From Alphaproteobacteria bacterium (GTDB taxonomy: Bacteria; Pseudomonadota; Alphaproteobacteria; GCA-2746255), in the NCBI GenBank assembly GCA_965249135.1, contig OZ252220.1, positions 1,888,001 through 1,952,000 of the forward strand: a DNA stretch of 64,000 nt. The letters are read 5' to 3'. This document shows positions 20,193 to 32,278 of this stretch, piece by piece (the first letter of the stretch is position 1; every line of letters begins with the position of its first letter). The position numbers were made by a program, and so were the translations under genes. Under the pieces are notes generated by a model. That model was not told the DNA's origin, ran no database searches, and worked only from the letters and a program-made list of their open reading frames with translations.

Positions 20193-20401
20193 TCGTTTCC
20201 GTTCAAAACGTCGCTTTCGGTCGTTTCAGTTTTCCTATTCCATGCTTATATAGTTGGGCAAGCATCCGGCGGGCGTTTCTTGACGGGGCCGGATGGGCAG
20301 AGGATGATGACAAAAAGCCCCAAAATAAAAGCAGCAGCAAGAAAGTTTAAAGAAAATCGGTTCATTATGCCGCCGGTTTTCGGGTTGGAAGGGATGGCAG
20401 G

Positions 20402-20791
20402 ATGACGTCAAAGCGTCTCCTTATTATTGACGACGAGCAGGAAATCTGTGAGCTCATTCGCGATGTCGCCGAAGGCGAGGGCTTCGAAGTTTATTCGACG
20501 GTCAGTCCGGAGGAGTTCAAGACCGCCTATAAGAGCTTCAAGCCGACGGTCGTGATCCTCGACCTCGTGATGCCCGAGACGGACGGGATCGAGTGCCTGC
20601 GCTACCTTGCGGATCTCGGATGCACGACCCCGATCCTGGTGATGAGCGGCTATAGCGGCAAGCTTCTGGAAAGTGCCCGCAGTCTGGGCGATGCCTTCGG
20701 CCTTCCCTTCGTACGAAGCCTGGAGAAGCCGATTCGCGTGAAACTCCTCCGAACGGCCCTCGCCTCCGCCTCCCAAACTCAAGAATCGTAG
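20402..20791 (+). CDS. Single-domain response regulator
   Basis: IIDDE, ILDLVMPETDG, MSG, EKP receiver residues. Confidence 0.9.
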   Translation: MTSKRLLIIDDEQEICELIRDVAEGEGFEVYSTVSPEEFKTAYKSFKPTVVILDLVMPETDGIECLRYLADLGCTTPILVMSGYSGKLLESARSLGDAFGLPFVRSLEKPIRVKLLRTALASASQTQES

Positions 20792-21000
20792 AGCCGACAC
20801 CGGTGCCGATGGATGCTGAAAGCCCCAACTTTCTGAGAGCCTGGCATATTATACATAAAGAGTTTGTTATAAATATCAGAATTACATAGAAACTTGTCAT
20901 CATCCGACTAAATAACGTAATATAGGCGTATATCTAAGCTATTTAGCGAATAATAATTGTTAAATAGGCGCCCCGGTGGAATCGCTAGGATGGTGGCCGA

Positions 21001-21729
21001 ATGACGAAGGTTGCGAAAATCGAGGAACGGGTGGCGGCTCAGGCGGCGGCACTAAACGCAGCGTATGGCCACCTCGATGGGCGGGAGCTTCTTCGCGTCA
21101 TAATCGAACGCGAGTTCCCGGGACGGATCGCACTTGCTTCTTCCTTCGGGGCAGAGGCCGGCATCTTGCTCGACCTTGTCGCAGAAGTCGCCCCGAAGAC
21201 GCCGGTGCTCTTTCTGGATACGCTGAAGCTTTTCGATGAGACGCTTCGCTACAAGGACCAGCTTGTCGAGCGCCTCGGGTTAACGAATATCCGCGTGCTT
21301 CGCCCCGATGCGGCCGAGCTTGCGGCGGAGGACCCTGACGAGACGCTGTGGTCGCGGGACTACGACGGCTGCTGCGACCTTCGGAAGGTGCGGCCGCTCG
21401 ACCGCGCGCTCGCCGATTACGAGGCTTGGATCACCGGCCGGAAGCGTTTCCATGGAAACAACCGCGCTACCTTGCCGATGATCGAGGCGGAAGACGGAAA
21501 AATCAAAATCAATCCGCTCGCCCGATGGACCCCGGCCGAGATCGCCGCGGCGTTCAAAGCCAAGGACCTGCCGCTCCATCCGCTGGTCGCGAAGGGTTAT
21601 CTTTCCATCGGTTGCACCACCTGCACACGGCGGGTCAATCCAGACAAGGCGGTTCGCGCCGGCCGTTGGACGGAAAACGAAAAGACGGAGTGCGGAATCC
21701 ATAAGGCGCGCTGGCACGGGAATCCATGA
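21001..21729 (+). CDS. cysH: Phosphoadenylyl-sulfate / adenylyl-sulfate reductase
   Basis: [32 protein letters not shown]. Confidence 0.95.
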   Translation: MTKVAKIEERVAAQAAALNAAYGHLDGRELLRVIIEREFPGRIALASSFGAEAGILLDLVAEVAPKTPVLFLDTLKLFDETLRYKDQLVERLGLTNIRVLRPDAAELAAEDPDETLWSRDYDGCCDLRKVRPLDRALADYEAWITGRKRFHGNNRATLPMIEAEDGKIKINPLARWTPAEIAAAFKAKDLPLHPLVAKGYLSIGCTTCTRRVNPDKAVRAGRWTENEKTECGIHKARWHGNP

Positions 21730-22526
21730 ATCATCTCGACGCCTTAGAGGGCCAAAGCGTCTACATCTTTCGGGAAGCCTTCAACAAGATCGACAAGCTG
21801 GCGATGCTATGGTCGATCGGGAAAGACAGCAACGTGCTGCTGTGGCTGGCACGCAAGGCCTTCTTCGGCCATGTGCCCTTTCCGGCCGTTCATATTGACA
21901 CGTCTTACAAGATTCCCGAGATGATCGAGTTCCGGGACCGTATGGCGAAGGAATGGAATTTGAATCTGATTGTCGGCCAGAACAAGGAGGCCTTGAAGGC
22001 TGGCATGGGGCCTGAGAAGGGACGCGTCGTATGCTGCGGTGCCTTGAAGACGGAAGGGCTGAAACAGACGATCGCGGCACATGGTTTCACGGGTATTTTT
22101 GTCGGCATTCGCCGTGATGAAGAAGGAACGCGCTCGAAGGAACGCGTTTTCAGCCCCCGGGGCAAACATGCGGAATGGGATTTTCGCGACCAGCCGCCAG
22201 AATTTTGGGATCAGTTCAAGACGGATTTTGTGCCGGGCACACACCTTCGGATCCATCCTTTGTTGCACTGGACGGAAGTGGATATCTGGCGCTACATCCG
22301 GCGCGAAAAGATCCCGGTCGTGGACCTCTACTTCGCGAAGAATGGACAGCGTTACCGCTCGTTAGGATGCGCCCCTTGCACGGGAACGATCGCCTCGACC
22401 GCTTCGACGGTTGACGAAATCATCGAGGAGCTCGAAACGACTAAAATCTCGGAACGCTCCGGCCGTGCACAGGATAAGGAATCCGAGGACGCCTTCGAGC
22501 GGCTCCGGGTCGAAGGATATATGTAA
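21726..22526 (+). CDS. cysD: Sulfate adenylyltransferase subunit 2
   Basis: [26 protein letters not shown]. Confidence 0.95.
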   Translation: MNHLDALEGQSVYIFREAFNKIDKLAMLWSIGKDSNVLLWLARKAFFGHVPFPAVHIDTSYKIPEMIEFRDRMAKEWNLNLIVGQNKEALKAGMGPEKGRVVCCGALKTEGLKQTIAAHGFTGIFVGIRRDEEGTRSKERVFSPRGKHAEWDFRDQPPEFWDQFKTDFVPGTHLRIHPLLHWTEVDIWRYIRREKIPVVDLYFAKNGQRYRSLGCAPCTGTIASTASTVDEIIEELETTKISERSGRAQDKESEDAFERLRVEGYM

Positions 22527-24469
22527 TGTCCGACCAGCCACTCGAGCCGAGTCGCGAAGATGAACTGCTTCGTGTCGTTATCGTCGGCCATGTCGATCAT
22601 GGAAAATCGACGCTCGTCGGGCGTCTCTTCTACGACACAGGCTCGCTTCCCGAAGGAAAGTTCGAGGCAATCCAGGCGATGTGCGAAAGCCGTGGTATGC
22701 CCTTCGAGTGGGCGTTCCTTATGGACGCGCTGCAGGCGGAGCGCGACCAGGGCATTACGATCGATAGTTCGCAGATTTGGTTTAAGACGACGAAGCGGGA
22801 CTACGTCATCATCGATGCGCCGGGGCACAAGGAATTCCTGAAAAACATGGTCAGCGGCGCCGCCAGCGCGGATGCCGCCCTTCTTGTGATCGACGCCCAC
22901 GAAGGCGTTCAGGAGCAGTCCCGTCGACACGGTTATCTTTTGCACCTCCTTGGTGTCCGTCAGGTCGTCGTCGCGATCAACAAGATGGACCTCGTGGGCT
23001 ATTCCCGCTCCCGTTTCATGGAGGTCGAGGGGGAATTCCGTAATTACCTTGCTGATATTGGCGTTGAGGCCCAGCACATCGTTCCCGTTTCCTCCCGTGA
23101 AGGCGATTGTATCGTCCACCGCTCCGAGAAGATGGACTGGCACGAAGGTCCGACCATCGTCGAGGCGTTCGACGCCTTCCAGCCACCGATGCCGTCGACG
23201 GAGCTGCCGCTTCGCCTTCCCATCCAGGACGTCTACAAGTTCGACCATCGCCGGATCATCGCCGGCCGGATCGAAAGCGGCCGGCTTCGCGTTGGCGATC
23301 GTCTGGTTTTGTCGCCCTCGAACAAGTCGGCCCGGGTGACCAGCATCGAGGACTGGAACGTCGCCACGCCGGTCCTTGCCACCAGCGCCGGTCAATCCGT
23401 CGGCATCACCCTTCAGGAGCAGATTTTCGTTGAGCGTGGCCAGATCGCAAGCCATACCGAGAATCTGCCCATCGAGACGAACGTCTTTCGGGCAAACCTT
23501 TTCTGGCTTGGCAAGAACCCCTTGCGGGTCGGCAAGCGCTACACGCTGAAGCTTCACACCGGCGAGCACAGGGCCCAGGTGCAATCAATCGATCGGATCG
23601 TTGACGTGACCGACCTTTCCTCCAGAGAGGGCGCGGAGGTTGGCAAGAATGCGGTGGCAGAAGTGACCCTGCGTACCCGTGGCCTCGTCGCGCTGGACGA
23701 ATTCTCCGACAACGCTCGAACCGGCCGCTTCGTCCTGGTCGAAGACTACACCATCGTCGGTGGCGGCATCATCAACATGAAAGGCTATCCGGATCAGCGG
23801 CCAAGCGTGACGCGTAAAACCACTTACGTTTTTCATGAAGATCACCAGGTGGCGGCGAACGCACGCTGGACCCTGAATGGACATCGCAGCGGGGTGCTGT
23901 GGCTGACCGGCCTTTCGGGTGCCGGCAAATCGACGCTGGCGCTTGAACTCGAAAGCCAGCTCTTCCGCAAGGGCTACCAGGTCTATGTCCTCGACGGCGA
24001 CAACTTGCGGAACGGGCTCAACGTGAATCTTGGATTCTCGCCGGAGGATCGGGCGGAAAACATTCGTCGGGCAGGCGAGGTGGCGGCCCTCTTCGCGGAA
24101 GCCGGCTTCATCGTGATCACCGCCTTCATCTCTCCCTATCGCGCCGATCGCGACCGCGTGCGAGCCATCGGCCCGGATAGTTTCCACGAGGTCTATGTGA
24201 AGGCGAGCCTCGAGACCTGCGAGAAGCGGGACCCGAAGGGGCTCTACCACAAGGCGCGGACCGGTGAGATCCCGGAATTCACCGGCATTTCTTCACCCTA
24301 CGAAGCGCCCGAGGAACCCGAGCTGGCCGTCGACACGGACCGGCTCACCGTCGAGGAGTCCGTCGCGCTTTTGCTTGAATATGTTGAGAAGAACCTGGTC
24401 TCGGGCAAAGGTTGGGAGGATCCGAACCGCCTTGGCTCCGTCAGCCAACTGGCCGCCCCGGGCCTCTGA
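22526..24469 (+). CDS. cysNC: Bifunctional sulfate adenylyltransferase subunit 1 / adenylyl-sulfate kinase
   Basis: [27 protein letters not shown]; C-terminal [20 protein letters not shown]. Confidence 0.95.
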   Translation: MSDQPLEPSREDELLRVVIVGHVDHGKSTLVGRLFYDTGSLPEGKFEAIQAMCESRGMPFEWAFLMDALQAERDQGITIDSSQIWFKTTKRDYVIIDAPGHKEFLKNMVSGAASADAALLVIDAHEGVQEQSRRHGYLLHLLGVRQVVVAINKMDLVGYSRSRFMEVEGEFRNYLADIGVEAQHIVPVSSREGDCIVHRSEKMDWHEGPTIVEAFDAFQPPMPSTELPLRLPIQDVYKFDHRRIIAGRIESGRLRVGDRLVLSPSNKSARVTSIEDWNVATPVLATSAGQSVGITLQEQIFVERGQIASHTENLPIETNVFRANLFWLGKNPLRVGKRYTLKLHTGEHRAQVQSIDRIVDVTDLSSREGAEVGKNAVAEVTLRTRGLVALDEFSDNARTGRFVLVEDYTIVGGGIINMKGYPDQRPSVTRKTTYVFHEDHQVAANARWTLNGHRSGVLWLTGLSGAGKSTLALELESQLFRKGYQVYVLDGDNLRNGLNVNLGFSPEDRAENIRRAGEVAALFAEAGFIVITAFISPYRADRDRVRAIGPDSFHEVYVKASLETCEKRDPKGLYHKARTGEIPEFTGISSPYEAPEEPELAVDTDRLTVEESVALLLEYVEKNLVSGKGWEDPNRLGSVSQLAAPGL

Positions 24470-24513
24470 CGGCACGGTTTTCCTTGACACCATCCCAAGG
24501 CTTACTTAGATCG

Positions 24514-24540
24514 TTAGCACTCGCTTACGAGGAGTGCTAA
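24514..24540 (+). promoter_or_regulatory. CIRCE element (HrcA operator) of groESL
   Basis: Exact TTAGCACTC-N9-GAGTGCTAA; TTGACA at 24484-24489 upstream. Confidence 0.97.
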
Positions 24541-24598
24541 GAAGCACCCTGCCGAGCGACGAATCGCCAGAGGCAAAAGGCAGTTAGGGAGAATCACC

Positions 24599-24907
24599 AT
24601 GAAATTCAGGCCGCTACACGATCGGGCATTGATCCGGCCGCTCGAGTCTGATGAGAAGACGGCTGGCGGTATCATTATACCCGATACGGCGAAGGAAAAA
24701 CCTCAAGAGGGGGCAGTCATTGCGGTAGGCCCGGGCACCCGAGACGAAACGGGAAAGCTCGTCCCGCTCGACGTAAAGGCGGGAGATCGCGTGCTCTACG
24801 GGAAGTGGTCCGGCACCGAAGTGAAGGTCGACGGCGAGGACCTTTTGATCGTGAAGGAGTCCGACATCTTAGGTGTCGTGACGGGCGCAAAGGGCAAGAA
24901 GAAATAA
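24599..24907 (+). CDS. groES: Co-chaperonin GroES
   Basis: MKFRPLHDR...[18 protein letters not shown]. Confidence 0.98.
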   Translation: MKFRPLHDRALIRPLESDEKTAGGIIIPDTAKEKPQEGAVIAVGPGTRDETGKLVPLDVKAGDRVLYGKWSGTEVKVDGEDLLIVKESDILGVVTGAKGKKK

Positions 24908-26569
<1,662 letters not shown>

Positions 26570-26592
26570 GACATCGAAGGCTTTTGCATAAT

Positions 26593-26620
26593 GGGCCGCC
26601 TTTAAGGCGGCCCTTTTTTT
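26593..26620 (+). terminator. Rho-independent terminator after groEL
   Basis: GGGCCGCC-tttaa-GGCGGCCC followed by T7. Confidence 0.9.
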
Positions 26621-26640
26621 GGATAAGCGAAAACGGAAAG

Positions 26641-27735
26641 CTATGCGCGATGGTCGGCGCCGATCGCTTCTCCCACCTTCATGAAGCCGTCGCGGTGGAG
26701 AAGGATAAGAAGGTCCTTCTTGATGCGCGGAACGAGGCTGGGTCCTTCGAAGATCAACGCCGTATAAAGTTGGACAAGGGAGGCGCCGGCCCGAATCTTC
26801 GCGTACGCGTCCTTTCCGTTTGCGATCCCGCCGGTGCCGATCAGGGGCACGTTTCCTTCCGTCCGGCGGTAGAAATCGGCCAGAAGCTGCGTAGAAAGCG
26901 CAAAAAGCGGCCGGCCACTCAAGCCCCCTTCCTCGCTTTGCCGCTTACTGGCAAGTCCCCCAGGCCGGCTTAGCGTCGTGTTGCCGACGATGAGGCCGTC
27001 CGCCAGCCCTTCGAGCGCCACGTCCGCAATGCCTTGGCGTTGCGCCTCTTCGAGGTCGGGGGCGACCTTAAGGAAGAGCGGCGTCTTCGCGCCATCCGCT
27101 TTCGCCATCGCAGCCCGGGTTTCGGTAAGGATGTTTCCGAGCGCCTCTTTTGCCTGCAGGTCGCGAAGCCCTGGCGTGTTCGGTGAGGAAACGTTAAGGA
27201 CGAGGTAGTCGGCAAGATGCACGAAGGTACGCGCGCCGGCTGCGTAATCCGCCGCGGCGTCCTCGCTTTCGCGGTTCTTGCCAAGGTTAATGCCGATGAC
27301 ACCCGCGGCACGGCGTTCATTCTCGTGCGTGTGACGAAGCCGTGTCACCACGCGGGTCATCCCTTCGCTGTTGAAGCCCAATCGGTTGATGACGGCGCCG
27401 TCCTTTCCAAGGCGGAAAAGACGCGGGCGCGGATTCCCCGCTTGCGGCTGTGGGGTCACGGTGCCGGCTTCGACGAAGCCGAAGCCGAAACGAAACATGG
27501 CATCCAAAGTTTCCGCGTTCTTGTCGAAACCGGCTGCCAGACCGATTGGGTTTTGAAAACGGAGGCCCAAGAGCTCGGTGGCAAGGGCGGGATCATCCGC
27601 CTCTTTCACCCTGGGTGCGAAGCCCCGGGCCAGGGCGCGGATGGTAAGCGTATGCGCCGTCTCCGGCGGTAGGAACCGCAAGAAAGGCGCGATTACATCA
27701 AAAACCGCAGCGAATCCGGAAACATGTGAGCCCAT
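26641..27735 (-). CDS. pyrD: Quinone-dependent dihydroorotate dehydrogenase
   Basis: GLAAGFDKN, GTVTP.PQ.GNPRPR, NVSSPNTPGLR, LKVAPD, GGLSG. Start uncertain. Confidence 0.96.
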   Translation of the reverse strand: MGSHVSGFAAVFDVIAPFLRFLPPETAHTLTIRALARGFAPRVKEADDPALATELLGLRFQNPIGLAAGFDKNAETLDAMFRFGFGFVEAGTVTPQPQAGNPRPRLFRLGKDGAVINRLGFNSEGMTRVVTRLRHTHENERRAAGVIGINLGKNRESEDAAADYAAGARTFVHLADYLVLNVSSPNTPGLRDLQAKEALGNILTETRAAMAKADGAKTPLFLKVAPDLEEAQRQGIADVALEGLADGLIVGNTTLSRPGGLASKRQSEEGGLSGRPLFALSTQLLADFYRRTEGNVPLIGTGGIANGKDAYAKIRAGASLVQLYTALIFEGPSLVPRIKKDLLILLHRDGFMKVGEAIGADHRA

Positions 27736-27806
27736 GGCGGGATCAAACCTAGCGGAAAGCACGACCTCTGAACAGCAAGCGCGCTTGCACAAGGTTTCGG
27801 TAAGGA

Positions 27807-28034
27807 ATGTCTACTATGCTTGATGGCGTCATGGCGAAAGCATTCGACGACATCGATCGGGAAGATCCCTTCCACCTGTCGCTCAACTTACTCGAGGCGT
27901 ATCATCGCATGGGCTTGCTTCTCGTGCCGATCGAACCCTCTGAGGAAAAGGTCGAAGCCGGTGTTCTGGCCGGCGCACCGTCGGCGGAACTCGCCGAACG
28001 AATCTACAAGGCGATGACGCGCTCGACGGATTAG
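27807..28034 (+). CDS. Small hypothetical protein
   Basis: 75-aa ORF with RBS AAGGA, divergent from pyrD; no motif recognised. Confidence 0.5.
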   Translation: MSTMLDGVMAKAFDDIDREDPFHLSLNLLEAYHRMGLLLVPIEPSEEKVEAGVLAGAPSAELAERIYKAMTRSTD

Positions 28035-28582
28035 CGATTAGTGCTTGCACTAAAACGCCGGGCAAGTTCACTCAGGAAATTCGGCGCTGAATGGCTGTTC
28101 GAAGTCTTTTCCTGGCTTCGCTTGTACACGTAAATCCCAAGAACGCTTAAGCCCACGATCCAGATCGCGCTTAACTGCCCAAGCGCGCCAATGACGCCGC
28201 CGGCGCGTGCCGGTTCAAAGGCGATCACATAGGCCACGGCTAGCATCTGGGCGAACCAGGTAAAGGCCAGGATGTAGCCGAAGGTCGGGCGCATCCGCCG
28301 CACATAGCCATCCTCCGAGCGCGCCTCCGCACGGATCGTTTGATTGATCTCGCTTAGGATCTTTGCTTCCCGTTCCGCATCGATCGCCACCATCCGTTCG
28401 ACGTGGCGGTTCGCTTCGCTTACGACTTCCGGGGAGATCGTTCCTTTTTCGATCGCCGAGCCGACCCCGTCGAGGGCATCGGCCGCCGATTTCGCGATCG
28501 GATGATCGAGCCTGCCAAGGGCGCTGCCTACCGTTTTTACGAGCAGCGGCAGGCCGATCTGGGCGAGAAGGGCCGCCAGCAT
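28031..28582 (-). CDS. Holin, 3-TM type (GTA_holin_3TM-like)
   Basis: EARSEDGYVRRMRPTFGY, two TM helices, then LGIYVYKRSQEK. Confidence 0.75.
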   Translation of the reverse strand: MLAALLAQIGLPLLVKTVGSALGRLDHPIAKSAADALDGVGSAIEKGTISPEVVSEANRHVERMVAIDAEREAKILSEINQTIRAEARSEDGYVRRMRPTFGYILAFTWFAQMLAVAYVIAFEPARAGGVIGALGQLSAIWIVGLSVLGIYVYKRSQEKTSNSHSAPNFLSELARRFSASTNR

Positions 28583-29015
28583 CTAGGCATCCTCCCGGTA
28601 GTAGAGGTGGCTCCCGAAGGTGACGGCGGGCGTTCGCCCCTGGGCCCAGACGGGAAACGCATCCTCGGAATGAAAGCGCGTCGCACCTTGGGTCGGGTCC
28701 CTTAACACGCCGGCAAGCGCCCGCCTGGCGATACGGGAGGCAAGCCTGAAAAGGGCACGCGTCCTTGTGGGCGTCGGGCGGGGTCCGGGCCTTCCCGATC
28801 CGTTCCTCGCAAAGGATTTCAAAGTTTTTTCCGTCCGTTCGGTTCGTCATTTCCAGTTGGGCTCGGTTCAGGATCGCGGCGGCGATCGCCTCCATGTTGC
28901 GGACGTTTCCCCGCTTTCCTTGACACCCCTTCGCGCTTTCCGCGTAGATGGCTTCGGCGAGCAAACGGGTAAGCCGTTGGCGCTCGCTTTCCGGAAATTT
29001 GCGTCTTCTTTTCAA
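28583..29015 (-). pseudogene. SleB/Hydrolase_2-like cell wall hydrolase (putative endolysin), +1 frameshift near 28735
   Basis: LAEAIYAES...MEAIAAAILNR in one frame and RIARRALAGVLRDPTQGATRFH...PVWA...GSHLYY in the next. Removing one G from GGG at 28735-28737 joins them as FQACLRIARR. Confidence 0.75.
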
Positions 29016-29332
29016 CGGTGCCTCTGAATTTGATTGTCGAGCTTGTCTTCGATCCGCTGCAGATGGCGCGTGAGCCGAATCTCCACGTCCTTGAGGCACG
29101 CCATCGAGGCATAGGATTTCGCGACTTCCAGCTTGAAGGCGGAGAGACTCTCCCGGTGCTCGTCGATTCCTTCCTCGAGCAAGTGATGGAACCGAAAAAG
29201 AGATGCCTGCCCTTCGCTCCGGGCGCGCCAGATAAGCCAGAAGAGTCCGGCAAACGTTGGGATCTCGACACCGGTAATCCACCAGATGAGATTGATATCC
29301 CAGTGAAACCCCATCCCAGTCTCCCTGTTCAA
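29012..29332 (-). CDS. Phage-cluster membrane protein (one TM plus coiled coil)
   Basis: WWITGVEIPTFAGLFWLIW TM segment, then FKLEVAKSYAS...RIEDKLD; coupled to both neighbours. Confidence 0.7.
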   Translation of the reverse strand: MNRETGMGFHWDINLIWWITGVEIPTFAGLFWLIWRARSEGQASLFRFHHLLEEGIDEHRESLSAFKLEVAKSYASMACLKDVEIRLTRHLQRIEDKLDNQIQRHR

Positions 29333-30801
29333 ATTTCGAAATTCGTCTTTGCAACGACACTTTGTGCGCCTCGCCAGTCCCGCCGGGTTGGTGCCGGCGT
29401 CACGGGAAGGCGGACCGGTTCGGCGAGTAGGCAGCCACTCACCGCATCCAGGCCGTCATCCTGAACGTCGATGCCGGGCTGCCATTCCCGCATTTCCGTG
29501 ATGAACGGGCTTGCCCAGACGCTGCGGTGGGCATGCAAGGCCCCCGCCGCGAGTACGGCGTCGAACACATCCAGGATTCGAAAATCCTTGGCATGGGTCG
29601 AGACCGCCTCAAGAACGCTCGTGCCGAGGTCGGCCATCGCAAGCTCCCGGCGCAGCAATCCGGGCAGAAAGCGTCCAAGCCCATTCGTTTCCAGCGATAG
29701 GCTTGGGAGATAAAGCCCCTTAAGAAATTCAACGACCTGACGGCAGAGTTGTGTTGCCTCATCGAGCTCGGAATCCGGATCCCAGGCAAAGTAGTGAACG
29801 CGATGCAGCCAATACCCGCCATCCTCATCCGTATAGACGGCAGCGACGACGTTCCTGTCCCCGCGCGCCGGCGCGCCGAAGGCTGGATCCCACCAGCAAC
29901 TCGCGGAAACGAGGCGCTTTCCTTCGAGGGTGAGGCTCGCCACCTTGTTTGATTCGCGATAATCGAGCTCGCCTTCATAAAGACGCAATCGGTCGGGATC
30001 GAGACGGCTCTCCATCGCGTTTACTTCCTCGAGCATCATTTGACTCGCGAACTTGTTCGGTCCGCTTCGTCGCTCGATCGCCGCGATTTTCTGCTTCGAG
30101 AAACGCTTCGGCCAACGGCTTCTTCCATTTTCGTCGAATAGAGGAAGCTCCAGACGCTTGAAGCCGTCGAGGTAGGGTTGCGTCTCCTCGGCTTCCGGCC
30201 GCGCTTGTTCGGCATAGATCGTGTAATAGGTGTGCGGCGTACCGACGTATAGTTGCAAACCACCGGGTACGAGTACGTAGTCGATCTCGGCGAGTTTCGT
30301 ACGCAGATTGGCCCGCTTGGGAACGGAGTCGGAAGTGTTCGGTACTTCAACATCGTCACAAAGAACGATGTCTGCCCGGCTTCCGGTCACGTTCGCATTG
30401 ATTCCGCGCCCCAACATGGAAGGATCACGAAGTCGCATACGACGATTAACGGTAAATTGCGAGGCTGCCCACTGATCTGCGCGTTTTGGTTTTAGGCCCC
30501 GCGTAAGGGGATGGCGCTCGATGATCTGTTTGACGTTGCGGACCATCTTGTTTGCCAGCTCCTGCTCGGCAGCAAGGACCAGAATCCGCAAGTTTGAATT
30601 TTTGGCGAGCAGCCAGGCGGAAAAAAGTCCGGCGATTGTCGACTTCCCACTGTCTCGAAAGGCAAGCAGTAGAAGCTCGCGATCCCCATTTTTCCAGCGT
30701 GCGTCCAGCCAGTTTGCAATCTCCAGATGCAGCTTTGGGGTGGATAAGGATTGAAGGCGATTCCAGAGCCAGACGAATTCCGGAAATGTCGGTCCGCTCA
30801 T
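29329..30801 (-). CDS. terL: Terminase large subunit (T7 gp19-like)
   Basis: Walker A AFRDSGKST, VTGSRADIVLCDDVE, GTPH, nuclease WDPA...ETNG...DDGLDA. Confidence 0.92.
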   Translation of the reverse strand: MSGPTFPEFVWLWNRLQSLSTPKLHLEIANWLDARWKNGDRELLLLAFRDSGKSTIAGLFSAWLLAKNSNLRILVLAAEQELANKMVRNVKQIIERHPLTRGLKPKRADQWAASQFTVNRRMRLRDPSMLGRGINANVTGSRADIVLCDDVEVPNTSDSVPKRANLRTKLAEIDYVLVPGGLQLYVGTPHTYYTIYAEQARPEAEETQPYLDGFKRLELPLFDENGRSRWPKRFSKQKIAAIERRSGPNKFASQMMLEEVNAMESRLDPDRLRLYEGELDYRESNKVASLTLEGKRLVSASCWWDPAFGAPARGDRNVVAAVYTDEDGGYWLHRVHYFAWDPDSELDEATQLCRQVVEFLKGLYLPSLSLETNGLGRFLPGLLRRELAMADLGTSVLEAVSTHAKDFRILDVFDAVLAAGALHAHRSVWASPFITEMREWQPGIDVQDDGLDAVSGCLLAEPVRLPVTPAPTRRDWRGAQSVVAKTNFEI

Positions 30802-31097
30802 TCCTCCTCCACCATCTTGACGAGCGCGGCTCGTGCTTCGGCGATCAGTTGCGACATGTCTTCGGTGGCTGCCTCGTCGTCGTCCCCGTTCACCTCCGCC
30901 CAGCGGGCCATGCGGATCAACAGCTCCATATGGGCGAGCGCCGCTTTACAGGCAACGTGGTGGGCCGCAAAGCCTTTTGGGTCCTTCGGCTGCTGTTCGG
31001 TGGCGAAATGACGATAGCCACTCAGCGCCTTATCCAGCAGGCTGGGAAGCGCGGCGTGAACCCGCTTCCGCAGGGCCGCCATGTCTTTCACCATCAC
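30798..31097 (-). CDS. Hypothetical protein, positional candidate for terminase small subunit
   Basis: 99-aa helical-looking ORF coupled directly upstream of terL. Function inferred from position only. Confidence 0.55.
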   Translation of the reverse strand: MMVKDMAALRKRVHAALPSLLDKALSGYRHFATEQQPKDPKGFAAHHVACKAALAHMELLIRMARWAEVNGDDDEAATEDMSQLIAEARAALVKMVEEE

Positions 31098-32230
31098 ACT
31101 GGCGCCGTGGCGAACAACAGGATCGCGATGTCACGGGTGCTGGCGAGCCGGTTCTCGATATAAAGCTTGCCGTCCGTATGGGCTGAATAGGTGATCGTGT
31201 TGGGATTTCCCGTCGTCCCGGTCAAGGCGCCGGTCGTCGATTCGACGCCGGTGATGTTCGCAATCAGGTCACAAAAGGGGAAGGTCGCCACCCGCCAAGA
31301 GAAGAGCGCACCTGCCGAATCCCCCAACTGGTTGAGTCCAAAGGCAAGCGTGATTCCACCATTGGCAGGTGGCGTAAAGCTGGTTGCCGTATCCGTCGCG
31401 AGGGAAAATGTCTGGAAGTCCACCTTGGTCCCCGCCAGCGTCTTCAGGATTTCCCAGCCAAGGTCGGTACCGGCGGCATTGACTTTCAGCACCTGATCCG
31501 CCGTTCCAAGCGCCAGTCGCTGGGCGGCCGAAGCGCCTCGGGCAACAAGATCTCCTTGCGTCGTAAGAAGATCGAGTTCGTTACCGGAAACCGTGATTTC
31601 GTTCGCATCCGAAGAAAGACCGACACCACTGCCGGCGACAAGGGATTTGAAGCGAAGGGTAACCCCGGATTTTTGCGCGAAAACTCCCTCGCCGCCGCCC
31701 AGGTTGAGACCGTCGTTCGACTCACCGCCAAGATCGGGATCGGCTTGCGTCGCGGCCCGGTCATAAACCGCCGGTTCACCGAACTGTCCGAAGCTAAGCA
31801 GCTTGTCTGCCCGGGTTGCGACCGGTGGCAAAGACATATCCGTGTCGATGTCGTGTACATCTTGGTGAAGCGCGTCCTGGGCAACGCTTTCCACCGTTTG
31901 TACAAACATCGTAAGTTTATCGAGCTCCTCGTTGATGATAGAGGCACGGAAATCTCCCCCTTCCTGAAAATCCGTGCTGCGCGCGACCGGCATGTCCCGG
32001 CGAATGGTGATTCGTATGCCGTTTACGGGCGGCGAGTCGAAAACGACGTTGCCGCCGCTGCTGTTACCGACGCCGGTGATCGTGTAGGAGGTTGGTGTTC
32101 CACCATCGTCAAAAAACACTTTGAGATCGGCGGCATCGAAGATCGGAAAGGGATAAACGAAACTGGTTTGCACGCCATCGGCTGTGTATTGCATGCGCGG
32201 CCGTACGTCACCAACGGTGAGTTCACTCAT
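31094..32230 (-). CDS. Tail fibre protein (T7 gp17-like N-terminal anchor)
   Basis: YTADGVQTSFVYPFPIF...RSTDFQEGGDFRASIINEELDKL anchor, followed by Gly/Thr-rich fibre segments. Confidence 0.8.
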   Translation of the reverse strand: MSELTVGDVRPRMQYTADGVQTSFVYPFPIFDAADLKVFFDDGGTPTSYTITGVGNSSGGNVVFDSPPVNGIRITIRRDMPVARSTDFQEGGDFRASIINEELDKLTMFVQTVESVAQDALHQDVHDIDTDMSLPPVATRADKLLSFGQFGEPAVYDRAATQADPDLGGESNDGLNLGGGEGVFAQKSGVTLRFKSLVAGSGVGLSSDANEITVSGNELDLLTTQGDLVARGASAAQRLALGTADQVLKVNAAGTDLGWEILKTLAGTKVDFQTFSLATDTATSFTPPANGGITLAFGLNQLGDSAGALFSWRVATFPFCDLIANITGVESTTGALTGTTGNPNTITYSAHTDGKLYIENRLASTRDIAILLFATAPV

Positions 32231-32278
32231 GCCTTAATCCTCTTCCGGTTGTTATCGGTAAATCTTCGAGAATGAAAA

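Noticed and set aside
22352-24250. Long antisense ORFs (e.g. 410 aa opposite cysNC; similar ones opposite ileS, phaA, tyrC)
   Set aside because: Shadow ORFs expected from high-GC codon bias opposite well-supported genes; no motifs.
28215-29360. 381-aa ORF spanning the lysis region
   Set aside because: It strings together alternative frames; only the ~28735-29015 part is real (N-terminus of the SleB-like gene).
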